Assembly (NCBI RefSeq): GCF_044704955.1
Contig: NC_091984.1
Coordinates: 145,390,001-145,454,000 of the forward strand
Length of the DNA: 64,000 bases
Direction: 5' to 3'
DNA from: Pristiophorus japonicus
Lineage: Eukaryota
This document shows, piece after piece, positions 32,640-46,547 of the stretch. The position numbers and the translations under genes were made by a program. How positions within the stretch are numbered: the stretch's first letter is position 1; each line of letters starts with the position of its first letter. The notes under the pieces are model-generated. The model did no database searches and had not been told where the DNA came from. It worked only from the letters and a program-made list of their open reading frames with translations.

Positions 32640-35600
32640 TAACAACAAAAGAAATAGGAGCAGGAGTAGGCCATACGGCCCCTCGAGCCTGCTCCACCAT
32701 TTAATAAGGTCATGGCTGATCCGATCATGGACTCAGGTCCAATTCCCTGCCCGCTTCACATAACCCCTTTGTTGTGCATGAATAAGGAGTCTGACTGGAT
32801 ATTGTGAGCTCAAAGTAAAGTGCGACCGTAGTCTTTTATTGCAGGTCTCCAGAGTGTCTCTGCAGCCTGTGAGGCCTCCTTAAGTACCTGTGCTCCCAAA
32901 GGATTGTGTGAAGAGCTCTCTGGTGGTTACACAAGGTATATACAGGTTTACATATATAACACCCTTATTCCCTTATCAGTTAAGTAACTGTCTATATCTT
33001 TCTTAAATTTATTCAATGACCAGCATCCACAGTTCTCTGAGGCAGTAAATTCCGCAGATTTACAACCCTCAGAGAAGAAATTCCTCCTCATCTCAGTTTT
33101 AAATGGGCGACCCCTTATTCTAAAATTATGCCCCCTAATTCTAGTCTCCCTTATCAGTGGAAACATCCTCTCTGTATCCACCTTGTCAAGCCCCCTCATA
33201 ATCTTATACGTGTTGATAAGATCACCTCTCATTCTTCTGAATTCCAATGAGTAGAGGTACAACCTACACAACCTTTCCTCATAAGTCAACCCCTTCATCT
33301 CTGGAATCAACCTCGTGAACCTTCTCTGATCTGCTTCCAAAGCAAGTATATCCTTTCTTAAATATGGAAACAAAAACTGCATGCAGTATTCCAGGTGTGG
33401 TCTCACCAATACCCTGTATAACTGTAGCAAGACTGCCCTGCTTTTATAATCTATCCCCTTTGCAATAAAGGCCAAGATTCCATTGGCCTTCCTGATCACT
33501 TGCTGTTCCTGCATACAAACCTTTTGTGTTGCATGCACCAGGAACCTCAGGTCCTGCTGTACTGCAGCACTTTGCAATTGTTCTCCATTTAAATAGTAAC
33601 ATGCTCTTCGATTTTTTTCTGCCAAAGTGCATGACCTCACACTGTCTAACATTATACTCCATCTGCGAAATGTTTGCCCACTCACATAGCCTGTCTATGT
33701 CCTTTTGCAGGTTTTTTGTGTCCTCCTCATACATTGCTTTTCCTCCTATCTTTGTATCATTAGCAAACTTGGCTACATTACACTCAGTTCCTTCTTCCAA
33801 GTCGCTAATATAGATTGTAAATAGTTGGGGTCCCAGCACTGATCCCTGCGGCACCCCACTAGTTACTGATTGCCAACCTGTGAATGAACCATTTATCCCA
33901 ACTCTCTGCTTTCTGTTAGTTAGCCAATCCTATATCCATGCTAATATATTACCTCCAACCCCGTGAAATTTTATCTTGTGCATTAACCTTTTATGTGGCA
34001 CCTTGTCAAATGCCTTCTGGAAGTCCAAATACACAACATCCACTGGTTCCCATTTATCCACCCTGTTTGTTGCATCCTCAAAGAATTCCAGCAAATGTGT
34101 CAAACATGACTTTCCCTTCATAAATCCATGCTGACTCTGCTTGACTGAATTATGCTTTTCCAAATGTCCTGCTACTGCTTCTTTAACAATGGACTCCAAC
34201 ATTTTCCCAACCATAGATGTCAGGCTAACTGGTCTATAGTTTCCTGCTTTTTATCTGCCTCCTTTTTTAAATAGGGGCGGTACATTTGCAGTTTTCCAAT
34301 CTGCTGGGACCTCCCCAGAATCCAGGGAATTTAGGTAAATTACGACCAATGCATCCACTATCCCTGTCGCTACTGCTCTGAAGACCCTAGGATGCAAGCC
34401 ATCAGGTCCAGGGGATTTAGCCGCCTTTAGTCCTATTATCTTACTGAGTACCACCTCCTTAGTGATTGTGATTGTGTTAAGTTCGTCCCAACCATCCAAT
34501 ATCCACTGTTGGGATATTATTCGTGTCCACTACCGTAAAGACTGACACAAATCAGAGTTTCTGCCATCTCCATGTTCCCCATCATTAATTCCCCGGTCTC
34601 TTCCTCTCAGGGACCAACATTTATTTTAGCCACTATTTTCTTTTTTTCTATATGTATAGAAACTCTTGCTATCTGTTTTTATATTTCGTGCTAGTTTACT
34701 TTCAGAGACTATGTTCACTTTCTTAATAATTTTTTTAGTCATTCTTTGTTGGCTTTTAAAAGCTTCCCAATCTTCTGTCCTCCCACTAGTTTTGGTCACC
34801 TTGTATGTCCTTGTTTTTAATTGGATACCATCCTTTATTTCTTTAGTTAGCTATGGATGGCTATCTTTTTTTTCACCCTTTACAATCACTGGAAAATATT
34901 TTTCTTGAGAGTTATTAAATATCTCCTTAAATGTACGTCACTGTTCATCAACTGTTCTAAACTTTAATCCATTTTCCCAGTCCACTTTAGCCAACTCTGC
35001 CCTCATACATTTGTAGTCTCCTTTATTTAAGCTTTGTACGCTGGCTTGAGATTCAACTTTCTTGCCCTCCATCCGAATTTGAAATTCAACCATGCTATGA
35101 TCACTCAGTCCAAGGGGATCCTTTACTAGGAGATTGTTTATTAATACTGTCTCATTATACAGGACCAGATCTAAGAAGCCTACCCCCTGGTTGGTTCCTT
35201 TACATACTGCTCAAGGAACCCGTTCCTTATGCACTCTACGAACTCCTCTTCAAGTCTATCCTGACCATTTTGATTTGTTGAATCAATGTGGAGGTTAAAA
35301 TCACCCATAATTATTGCTATTCCCTTTGTACAAACCCCCACTATTTCTTGGTTTATACTCCGACCATCAGAGTTGCTACTGTTAGGGGGCCTATAGACTA
35401 CGCCCACCAGTGACTTTTCCCCCTTATTATTCCTTATCTCCACATAAACTGTTTAAACATCCTGATCATTTGAGCCAATATCATTTCTCACTATTGCAGT
35501 GATTCCATCCTTTACCAACAGAGGTACCCCACCTCCTTTTCCTTTCTGTCTGTCCTTTTGAATTGTCAATTACCCCTGAATATTTAGTTCCAAGTTTTGG

Positions 35601-35890
35601 TCACCTTGCAACCACGTCGCTGTTGTGGCTATCAGATCATACCCATTTGCAACTAATTCTGCCGACAGCTCATCTGTTTTGTTATGAATGCTGTGTGTTT
35701 CAGATAAAGAGCTTTTAAACGTGTTTTCATACTATTTTCTCCTGCTATGGTCCCAGTTTCTGATACACTCTTTTGTATCTATATTCTGTCCCTTCCTGTC
35801 ATGCACTGGTTTTTGTTTCTCCCAATGCTACCCTGCTCTATTGCCTTGTTCTTTGAGCTTTTAGGTTTCTGCTCACCTGAACCCTCCCCG
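32640..35890 (-). mobile_element. Long degenerate CR1 (endonuclease and RT) containing a solo LTR
   Basis: ORFs 32948-33685, 33444-33854, 33930-34214 and 35180-35443 (GVVYRPPN...MGDFN). Confidence 0.9.
32770..32961. mobile_element. Gypsy-type solo LTR with a 5-bp TSD
   Basis: TGTTGT...ATAACA termini, with CCCTT at 32765-32769 and 32962-32966. It resembles the LTRs at 51164 and 62015. Confidence 0.9.
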
Positions 35891-35894
35891 CTAT

Positions 35895-38800
35895 CTGCAG
35901 CCCTTTGCAGATTCTTTGCATCCTCCTCAACAAATTGCTTTCCCACCTATCTTTGTATCATCAGCAAATTTTGCTACATAACACTCAGTCCCTTCATTCA
36001 AGTCATGAATAAAGATTGTAAATAGTTGAGGCCCCAGCACCGATCCCTGTGGCAGCCCACTAGTTACGGTTTTCCAACCTGAAAAAGGCCCGTTTATCCC
36101 GATTCTCAGTTATCAGTTCGTTAGCCAATCTTCTATCCATGCTAATATATCACCCCCAACCCCGTGTGTTCTTATCTTGTGCAGTAATCTTTTATGTGGC
36201 ACGTTATCGAATGCCTTCTGGAAGTCCAAATACACGACATCTACTGGTTCCCCTTTATCCATCCTGCTTGTTACATCCTCAAAGAACTCCAGCAAATGTG
36301 TCAAACATGATTTACCTTTCATAAAACCATGCTGACTCTGATTGACTGTATTATGATTTTCTAAATGTCCGGCTATTACTTCCTTAATAATGGACTCCAG
36401 CATTTTCCCCAATGACAGATGTTACGCTAACTGGTCTATAGTTTCCTGCTTTCTGTCTCCCTCCTTTCTTAAATAGGGGCGTTACATTTGCCATTTTCTC
36501 ATCCGCTGGGACCTCTCCAGAATCCAGGGAATTTTAGTAGATTACAACCAATGCATCCACTATCTCTGCAGTTACTTCTTTAAAGACCCTAGGATGCCAT
36601 CAGGTCAAGGGGACTTGTCCATCTTTAGTCCCATTTGTTTGCCGAGTACTTTTTCTCCAGTGATAGTGATTGTTTTTAAGAACATATGAACATAAGAAAT
36701 AGGAGCAGAATTAGTCCATTTGGCCCCTCGAGCCTGCTCCACCATTTAATAAGATCATGGCTGATCTGATCATGGACGCTCCCCATAACCTTTTATTCCC
36801 TTATCGCTCAAAAATCTGTCTATCTCCACCTTAAATATATTCAATGACCCAGCCTCCACAGCTCTCTGCTGCAGAGAATTCCACAGATTTACAACTCTCT
36901 GAGAGAAGAAATTTCTCCACATCTCAGTTTCAAATGGGCAGCTCCTTTTTCTAAGACTATGTCCCCTAGTTTTAGTTTCCCCTATGAGTGAAAATATCTT
37001 CTCTGCATCCACCTTGTCGAGTCCCCTCATTATTTTATATGTTTCAATAAGAATCCTCTCATTCTTCTGAACTCCAATGAGTATAGGCTCAACCTACTCA
37101 ACCTATCTTCATGTCAACCCCCCTCATCTCCGGAATCAACCTAGTGAACCTTCTCTGAAATGCCTGCAATGCAAGTATGTCCTTCCTTAAATACGGAGAC
37201 CAAAACTGCATGCAGTATTCTAGGTGTGGTCTCACAGTTGTAGCAGAACTTCTCTGCTTTTATACTCTATCCCCCTTGCAATGATTTGCCTTCCTGATTA
37301 AGTTCGCCCCTCTCAAAAGCCCCTTGATTATCAATTATTCGGATGTTTCTAGTGTTTTCTACCATGAAGACCAAGACAAAATATTTGTTCAAAGTTTCTG
37401 CTATTTTTCTGTTCTCCATTATTAATTCCTCAGTCTCATCCTCTAAAGGACCAACGTTTACTTTAACTACTCTCTTCCTTTTTATATACCTGTGTAAGTT
37501 CTTATTGTCTGTTTTTATATTTCTTGCTAGTTTACTCTCATAAACTGTCTTCTCTTTATTATTTTTTTTTGTTGTCCTTTGCTGGTTTCAAAAAATTTCC
37601 CAATCCTCTGGCTTTCCATTATTCTTCGCAACATTGCATGCTTTTGTTTTTAATTTGATACCATCCTTTCCTTCCTGAGTTAGCCATGGATGGTTCATCC
37701 TTCTCTTAGAGTCTTTCTTTCTCACTGAAATATATCTTTGCTGAGAGTTATGAAATATCTCCTTAAATATTTGCCAGTGCTTCTTTACTGTCTTACACTT
37801 TAATATATTTTCCCAGTCCACTTTAGCCAACTCTGCCTTCATACCTTTGTAATTCCCTTTATTTAAGTTCAGGACCCTAGTTTGATTCCAAGGTTTCTCA
37901 CCCTGAAACTGAATTTGAAATTCTACCATGCTATGATCACTCTTCCCAAGAGGATCTTTTACTTTGCCTTCTCCTCCTTCTTAAGCAGTCCTTCGGTGTC
38001 GCGGATGACTTGCTTCCACAATAATATGTGTTCTTAGGTGACTGATGAGTCCAGTGTGGGACCAACAGTCTTTGTCACAAGTGGGGCAGATGGAGGTTAA
38101 AGGGATGGGTGGGTCGGGTGCTTGGGTTGTCATGCACTCCTTCTGCTGTTAGCGCTTGGCTTCCGTTTGCTCCCAGCAAAGAAACTCGAGGTGTTCGGTG
38201 CCTTCCCGAATGTCTCCTCCACTTTGAGCAGTCTTGGGACAGAAATTTCCAAATGTCGGTGGGGATGTTACACTATTTCAAGGAGGCTTTGAGGGTGTCC
38301 TTGAAGCGTATTGTCTGCTCACCTGCGGTTTTCTTGCCATGTTGGAGATCTGAGTAGAGTGCTTGTTTTGGGCGTCTAGTGTCAGGCATGCGGACGATGT
38401 GGCCCAACCATCGGAGCTGATTGAGCGTGGACAGTGTTTCAATGCTGGGGATGTTGACCTGAGTGAAAACACTAATGTCGATGAGCCTATCCTGCCAATG
38501 GATTTGCAGGATCTTGCGGAGGCAGCGTTGGTGGTACTTCTCCAGTGGTTTGAGGTGCCAGCTGTATATCGTCCATGTATCTGAAGCATATAGGAGAGCG
38601 GGATCACTACTGCCCTGTAGACCATGAGCTTGGTTCCGGCTATGAGGTCCTGGTCTTCAAACATTCCCTTCCTCAGGTCACCGAAGGCTGCACTGGCACA
38701 TTGAAGGCGGTGTTAGACTTCATCATCGTTGTTTTCCCTTGTTGACAGTAGGCTCCCGAGGTATGGAACATGGTCCACATTGTCCAAAGCCTCGTCATGG

Positions 38801-39590
38801 ATTTCGATAATCGGGGAGCAGTACTGTATGGCGGGGGCAGGTTGGTAGAGGACCTTAATCTTACGGATGTTTAATGTAAGACCCATACTCTCGTACGCTT
38901 CAGTGAAGGTATTGATGGCTTGAAGTTCAACTATGATATAATTAATTAATCCAGTCTCATTACACAGTAAAGATCTAAAATAGCCTGATCCCTCATTGGT
39001 TCCACAATGCATTGTTCTAAAAAATCATCCTGAATACACTCGATGAATTCTTCTTCAAGGCTACCTTTGCCAATTTGATTTGTCCAATCAATATGAAGAT
39101 TGAAATCACTAATGATTGTTGCTGTACCTTTCTTACAAGCCTCCATTAATTCTTGATTTATACTTGGTGCTACAGTGTAGCTACTGTTAGGGAGCCTATA
39201 GACTACTCCCACCAGTTACTTTTTCCCTTTAATTTTTTATCCCTACCCAAACTGATTCTACATCTTGATCTTCTGAGCCAATATCATTTCTCACTACTGC
39301 ACTGATCTCATCCTTTATTAACCTCCTTTTCCTTTCTGCTTATCCTTCCGAAATGGCAAATAACCCTGAATATTCAGTTCCCAGCTTTGGTCACCTTGCA
39401 ACCACGTCTCTGTAATGGCTATCAGATGTATCCCCATGTATTTCTATTTGTGCTGTCAACTCATCTATTTTGTTATGCATGCTGCATGCATTCAGATAAA
39501 GAGCTTTTAATTTTGTCTTTTTACCATTTTCCCTACTCTGACCCAACTTTCTGATGCACTTATGTTTATATGCTCTGTCCCTTCCTGTCA
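35895..39590 (-). mobile_element. CR1 LINE interrupted by another CR1 3' end (~36678-37300) and an RTE (~37965-38930)
   Basis: RT 36113-36412 and endonuclease-region ORFs 37588-37929, 38946-39212 and 39391-39591. Confidence 0.85.
37965..38930 (-). mobile_element. RTE-clade LINE 3' fragment
   Basis: YESMGLTLNIRKIKVLYQP, LDNVDHVPYLGSLLS, TKLMVYRAVVIP, and the RTE tail at ~37985. Confidence 0.88.
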
Positions 39591-39676
39591 AGCTTTGGTT
39601 ATCATTCTCCCTTCAGGTATTTGTCCAATTCCCTTTTGGAGGCTACTATTGAATCCGTTTCCACCACCCAATCGGA

Positions 39677-39813
39677 CAATGTTCCCGTTAAGCTGCGTGG
39701 CCATGGTCTGGTCTGGAGGTCCCGCCCAGGCTGCTTGCTGGCTTTTAAATGGAAAAACTGCGCATGCGAGATTATTTGGGCCACAACCCCGAAAAATGTA
39801 AGCTGGAACATTG
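39677..39813. mobile_element. Short non-autonomous DNA transposon (MITE) inside a CR1 fragment
   Basis: TIRs CAATGTTCC...GGAACATTG. The flanks CAATCGGA and CTATCAGG may be a decayed 8-bp (hAT-like) TSD. Confidence 0.6.
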
Positions 39814-40269
39814 CTATCAGGCAGTGCTTTCCAAATCCCAACCACTCGGTGCGTAAAAAAAGTTTTCCCTCATATCGCCTCTGGTTCTTTTGCCAGTCAA
39901 CTTAAATCTATGCCCTCTGGTTATCAACCCTTCCGCCATTGCAAACAGTTTCTCTTTATTTACTCCATCTAAGCCCTTCATGGTTTTAACCAATCTTCTC
40001 ATCGCCTTCTCTGCTCTCCGGAGAACAACCCCAACTTCTCCAGTCTATCCCCATAACTGTAATCCCTCATCCCTGGAACCATTATAGTAAATCTCTTCTG
40101 TACCCTCTCCAATACCATCACTTCCTTCCTGAGGTGTGGTGCCCAGAATTGGACACAATACTCCAGCTGTGTCCATGTTCTCCTGACCCCTTTATCCCAT
40201 CAGCTTCAATTTTGTTAACTTGCCTAATATGTGGTACTTTATCAAATGTTTGAAAGTCCAAAAACATAT

Positions 40270-41398
40270 TATAAGAACATAAGAAATAGGAGCAGGAGGA
40301 GGCCATACAGCCCCTCGAACCTGCTCCGCCATTTAATACGATCATGGCTGATCTGATCATGGATTTAGCTCCACTTCTCTGCCCGTTCTCCATAACCCCT
40401 TATCCCCTTATCTTTTCAGAAACTGTCTATTTCTGTCTGAAATTTATTCAATGTCCCAGCTTCCACAGCTTTCTGAGGCAGTGAATTCCACAGATTTACA
40501 ACCTTCTGAGAGAAAAAATTTCTCCTCATCTCAGTTTAAAATGGGTGGCCCCTTATTCTAATTCGCTCTCTCGTTCTAGTCTCCCCCATGAGTGGAAACA
40601 TGCTTTCTGCATCCACCTTGTCAAGCCCCCTCATAACCTTATACGTTTCGATAAGATCACCTCTCATTCTTTTGAATTTCAATGAGTAGAGGCCCAACCT
40701 ACTCAACCTTTCCTCATAAATCAACTTCCTCATCTCTGGAATCAATCTAGTGAACTTTCTCTGAACTGCCTCCAAAGCAAGTATGTCTTTTCGTAAATAT
40801 GGAAACCAAAACTGCACACAGTATTCCAGGCCTCACCAATACCCTGTAAAACTTTAGCAAGACTTCCCTGCTTTTGTACTCCATTGCCTTTGCCATAAAG
40901 GCCAAGATTCCATTGGCCTTCCTGATCACTTGCTGTACCTGCATACTATCCTTTTGTGTTTCATGCATAAGTACCCCCAGGTCTCGCTGTATTGCAGCAC
41001 TTTGCAATCTTTCTCCATTGAAATAATAACTTGCTCTTTGATTTTTTTTCAGCCAAAGTGCATTATCTCACATTTTCCAACATTATACTCCATCTGCCAA
41101 ATTTTTGCCCACTCACTTAGCCTGGCTATGTCCTTTTGCAGATTTTTTGTATCCTCCTCACACATTGCTTTTCCTCCCATCTTTGTATTGTCAGAAAACT
41201 TGGCTATGTTACACTCAGTCCCTTCTCCCAAGTCGTTAATATAGATTGTAAATAGTTGGGGTCCCAGCACTGATCCCTGCGGCACCCCACTAGTTACTGA
41301 TTGCCAATCCGAGAATGAACCATTTATCCCAACTCTCTGTTTTCTGTTAGTTAGCCAAGCCTCTAACCATGCAAATACATTACTTCCAACCCCGTGAA
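40270..41398 (-). mobile_element. CR1 LINE, 5'-truncated
   Basis: Tail at 40272 and RT fragments 40536-41398. Confidence 0.9.
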
Positions 41399-41959
41399 AC
41401 ATAGAAACATAGAAACATAGAAAATAGGTGCAGGAGTAGGCCATTCGGCCCTTCGAGCCTGCACCGCCATTCAATAAGATCATGGCTGATCATTCCCTCA
41501 GTACCCCTTTTCTTCTTTCTCTCCATCCCCCTTGATCCCCTTAGCCGTAAGGGCCATATCTAACTCCCTCTTGAATATATCCAATGAACTGGCATCAACA
41601 ACTCTCTGCGGCAGGGAATTCCATAGGTTAACAACTCTCTGAGTGAAGAAGTTTCTTCTCATCTCAGACCTAAATGGCCTACCCCTGATCCTAAGACTAT
41701 GTCCACTGATTCTAGACTTCCCCAACATCGGGAAACATTCTTCCTGCATCTAACCTGTCCAGTCCCGTTAGAATCTTATATGTTTCTATGAGATCCCCTC
41801 TCATCCTTCTAAACTCCAGTGAATAAAGGCCCAGTTGATCCAGTCTCTCCTTATATGACAGTCCAGCCATCCTTGGAATCAGTCTGGTGAACCTTCGCTG
41901 CACTCCCTCAATAGCAAGAACATCCCTCCTCAGATTAGGAGATCAAAACTGAACACATT

Positions 41960-43018
41960 GGGCCTAAGTTTCCACGTGATTTGCGCCTGATTTTTAGGAG
42001 CAACTGGTGGAGAACGGACTATCTTAGAAATCGCAATTCTCCACATTTTATTTTCTGCAGTTCTAGTCAGGTAGAACAGTTCTACTTTGGAACAGAATTT
42101 TTTCTTCAAAAGGGGGCATGTCCGGCCACTGACGCCTGATTTGAAAGTTTCCACAGTGAAAATGTACTCCAAATTAAAGTAGAATGGAGCCAGTGAAGAT
42201 TTTTGTAGAACTGAAAAAACCTGTTCTACACATTAAAAAATCAGGCGCAGGTTACAAATTAGGCGTCCAGAATGAGGTGGGGGGGGGGAGTGGGGGGGAA
42301 GGGAACTCATTAAATTCTACAATAAATCCTTATTTATACTTCTACAAATATTTTACAAATAAATCCAACCTGAATAAACATTTATAAGCCAAGCAGAGAT
42401 TAAATAAACCATCTTCCTACCTGTGTGAAAGTGCTTCAGCGAGGCAGAATTCTGCAGCCGTTCNNNNNNNNNNNNNNNNNNNNNNNNNNNNNNNNNNNNN
42501 NNNNNNNNNNNNNNNNNNNNNNNNNNNNNNNNNNNNNNNNNNNNNNNNNNNNNNNNNNNNNNNNNNNNNNNNNNNNNNNNNNNNNNNNNNNNNNNNNNNN
42601 NNNNNNNNTCGGGTCTGGTCCGGAGGCGGGGGGCGGCGGGGAGCGGGTGTCGGGTCTGGTCGGGGGCGGGGGGAAGCAGGAGCTGGCCGTGGGAGGAGCC
42701 TTATTCACGCAGCCCCAGTGAGGCCATTGGGCCAGGGCTAGGGGCTGCGTGCTTCGGGCCCCTCCCACACAGTTCGGCGCCTGGAGCTACTGCACTTGCG
42801 TGCCCACTGTAGCGCGCATGTGCAGAGGTCCCGGCACTGTTTTCAGCGCCGGGACCTGGCTCCGCTCCCCCACAGCTCGTGCTGACTGCGCCGAGGGCCA
42901 GAGGACCTGCAAGTAGGTGGAGAATACCGAGGATTTATTTAGGCGCCGTTTTAGGCGTGAAAAACGGGCTCTCAGCTCGGAGGGGCGCCCGTTTTTTTTC
43001 TTGTGGAAACTTGGGCCC
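41960..43018. mobile_element. Harbinger-type MITE (~1.06 kb) containing an assembly gap
   Basis: TIRs GGGCCTAAGTTTCCAC and GTGGAAACTTGGGCCC, with 3-bp flanks ATT and AAT. Confidence 0.85.
42464..42608. other. Assembly gap (145 N)
   Basis: Run of n. Confidence 1.
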
Positions 43019-43984
43019 AATATTTCATGTGTGGCCTCACTAAGGACCTGTACAACTGCAGTAAGACCTCCCTGCTCCTATACTCAAATCCCCTAGCTAT
43101 GAATGCCAACATACCATTTGCCTTCTTCACCGCCTGCTGTACCTGCATGCCCACTTTCAATGACTGATAAACCATGACACCCAGGTCTCGTTGCACCTCC
43201 CCTTTTCCTAATCTGACGCCATTCCGGTAATATTCTGCCTTCGTGATTTTGCCCCCAAAATGGATAACCTCACATTTATCCACATTATACTGCATCTGCC
43301 ATGCATTTGTCCACTTACCTAACCTGTCCAAGTCACCCTGCAGCCTCTTAACGTCTTCCTCACAGCTCACACAACCACCCAGCTTAGTGTCATCTGCAAA
43401 CTTGGAGATATTACACTCAATTTCTTCATCTAAATCGTTAATGTATATTGTAAAGAGTTGGGGTCCCAGCACTGAACCCTGCGGCACTCCACTAGTCACT
43501 GCCTGCCATTCTGAAAAGGACCCGTTTATCCCGACTCTCTGCTTCCTATCTGCCAACCAGATCTCTATCTCCGTCAGTACATTACCCCCAATACCATGCC
43601 CTTTGATTTTGCACACCAATCTCTTGTGCGGAACCTTGTCAATAGCCTTTTGAATGTCCAAATACACCACATCCACTGGTTCTCCCTTCTCCACTCTGCT
43701 CGTTACATCCGCAAAAAATTTCAGAAGATTTGTCAAGCATGATTTCCCTTTCACAAATCCATGCTGACTTGGTCTGATCCTGTCATTGCTTTCCAACTGC
43801 TTTGCTATTTCATCCTTAATGATTGATTCCAAAATTTTCCCGACCACTGATGTCAGGCTAACCGGTCTATAATTACCCGTTTTCTCTCTCCCTCCTTTTG
43901 TAAAAAGTGGTGTTACATTAGCTACCCTCCAGTCCATAGGAATCTTGTGCAGTAACCTTTTATGTGGCAGCTCATGGGCTCACA

Positions 43985-45097
43985 TTAAAGCACATGGTAT
44001 TGGGGGTAATGTAATGACGTGGATACAGAACTGGTTGGCAGACAGGAAGCAGAGAGTCGGGATTAACGGGTCCTTTTCAGAATGGCAGGCAGTGACTAGT
44101 GGAGTGCCGCAGGGCTCAGTGCTGGGACCCCAGCTCTTTACAATATATATCAATGATTTAGATGATGGAATTGAGTGTAATATGTCCAAGTTTGCAATTG
44201 ACACTAAACTGGGTGGCGGTATGTGCTGTGAGGAGATCGCTAAGAGTGATTTGGACAGGTTAGGCGAGTGGGCAAATACATGGCAGATGCAGTATAATGT
44301 GGATAAATGTTAGGTTATCCATTTTGGGGGCAAAAGCACGAAGGCAGAATATTATCTGAATGGCGGCAGATTACGAAAAGGGGAGGTGCAGCGAGACCTG
44401 GGTGTCATGGTTCATCAGTCATTGACGGTTGGCATGCAGGTACAGCAGGCGGTGAAGAAGGCAAATGGTATGTTGGCCTTCATAGCTAGGGGATTTGAGT
44501 ATAAGAGCAGGGAAGTCTTACTGCAGTTGTGCAGGGCCTTGGTGAGGCCTCACCTGGAATATTGTGTTCAGTTTTGGTCTTCTAATCTGTGGAAGGACGT
44601 TCTTGCTATTGAGGGAGTGCAGCGAAGGTTCACCAGACTGATTCCAGGGATGGCTGAACTGACATATGAGGAGAGACTGGATCAACTGGACCTTTATACA
44701 TTGGAGTATAGAAGGATGAGAGGGGATCTCATAGAAACATACAAGATTCTGACTGAACTGGACAGGTTAGATGCAGGAAGAATGTTTCCACTGTTGGGGA
44801 AGTCCAGATCCAGGGGACACAGTCTTAAGGGGCAGGCCATTTCGGACTGAGGTGAGGAGAAACTTCTTCACTCAGAGAGTTGTTAACCTGTGGAATTCCC
44901 TGCCACAGAGAGTTGTTGTTCATTGGATATGTTCAAGAGGGAGTTAGATATGGCCCTTGCAGCTAAAGGGATCAAGGGGTATGGAGAGAAAGCAGGAAAG
45001 GGGTACTGAAAAAATGATCAGCCATGTTCTTATTGAATGGTGGTGCAGGCTCGAAGGGCCTATTCCTGCACCTATTTTCAATGTTTCTATGTTTCTA
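43985..45097 (+). mobile_element. CR1 LINE, 5'-truncated
   Basis: RT ORFs 43945-44313 and 44386-44850, with a tail at ~45080. Confidence 0.92.
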
Positions 45098-46547
45098 TCC
45101 TCATCCACCCTCTGTTACCTCATCAAAAAATGCAATCAAGTTAGTCACATGATTTGCCCGTAACCACTCGGTGCTGCCTCTCCGTTATTGGTCCGTGCTT
45201 ATCCACATGGCTGCTCATTTTCTCGCGGATTATTGACCTTGAAGCTCCCTCACCATAATGTTAAACTGCTCGGCCTGTCATTGGCAGCTTTATCCCTCTC
45301 CCCTTTTTTGAACAAGGGTGTAATATTTACAATCCTCAGTCCCCTGGCCCCTGTATCTAATGAGGATTGGACGATTGTGGTCCGCCACTCTGCACTTTCT
45401 ACCTTTCCCTCAGTATCCGAGGATGGCTCCTGTCCTCACCGGGTTACTTATCCACTTTAATTATTTCCATCCTTTCCAGTACCTCCTCTTTATCTACTTT
45501 TATCATCCAGTATCCCAACAGCCTCCTCGTTTACTGTAGTTTGGACAAAGTCCCCTTCCTTGGTAAACACTGGTGCACAGCGTCATTCAGTACCTCAGCG
45601 ATACCTTCTGCCTCCACCAATCGATCTGTATTGTGCTCCCTAATCGGCCCCACTGCACCTCTGACAACCCTTTCACTGTTAATATGCCGATCGCCGTCCC
45701 GTCCGTTGTTCTCCTGTCGCACCCCGTCATTTGTTTTTGACGACTTACCGGTTGGGTCTTTCTGTGCCGATGTGGTGGGGTCGATGCCGCGATGGTGCAG
45801 CCCGAAACTCGCCCCCGAGCCCACCCCCAGGGGAAGTGCAGAACGCCACATTGCGCTGCATTTCCTGTCAGGTGTCGTGACCCCAATTTCGCTTCCAGGG
45901 CGGGATTTTGGTGTGGGAAAAGTTACCGCCCCAACCGGGGCAATATGCAATTTGGGCCCATTATCTGGTCATAGTCACATGTGGGAGCTTGCTGTGCACA
46001 AACTGTCTGTCGTGTCTCCTCCATTACCGCAGTGACTATACTTCAAAAATACTTCATTGGCTGTAAAGCACTTTGGGACGTCCTGAGGTGGTCAAAGGTG
46101 CTATATAAATGCCAGTCTTTCTTTCCAATTCAGTTCTACATCTTTGAAACCCAAAGCCATGGAGAGTGACGGACAGGTAAAGACCCTGTGGTCCATCCAG
46201 CCCGTCCCACACAATTGTGATACCTTGTGTATCACAGTACAGACTCTCCACCCCACCCAAAACTACCTGATCTCCTGGGAGAGGAGAAAAACCAGGAAAA
46301 AAAACCCATTGGGGGGAAATAAATCTGGGAAACTCCTCTCCGACACCCCGCCCCTGCCCCCCACACGCAGGCGATTGAAACTAGTCCAGGAGATCACTGT
46401 GGCCCTGAATTCCCTGCAGTAACTACCTTCTGTAAGTGGTGATCTCCGCACCGGCCACAATCAGGTCCTGCTCTCGCTCATGTACAGCTCATGGATTTAA
46501 AATTACAAGTTTTCCCCACAGTGTCAAGTGCTGTAAATACTGTGTTA

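Larger units (their letters stand above)
41399..43942 (-). mobile_element. Young CR1 LINE interrupted by a MITE
   Basis: (CATAGAAA)3 tail and a 321-aa RT ORF 42972-43937. CR1 sequence is contiguous across 41959/43019. Confidence 0.93.
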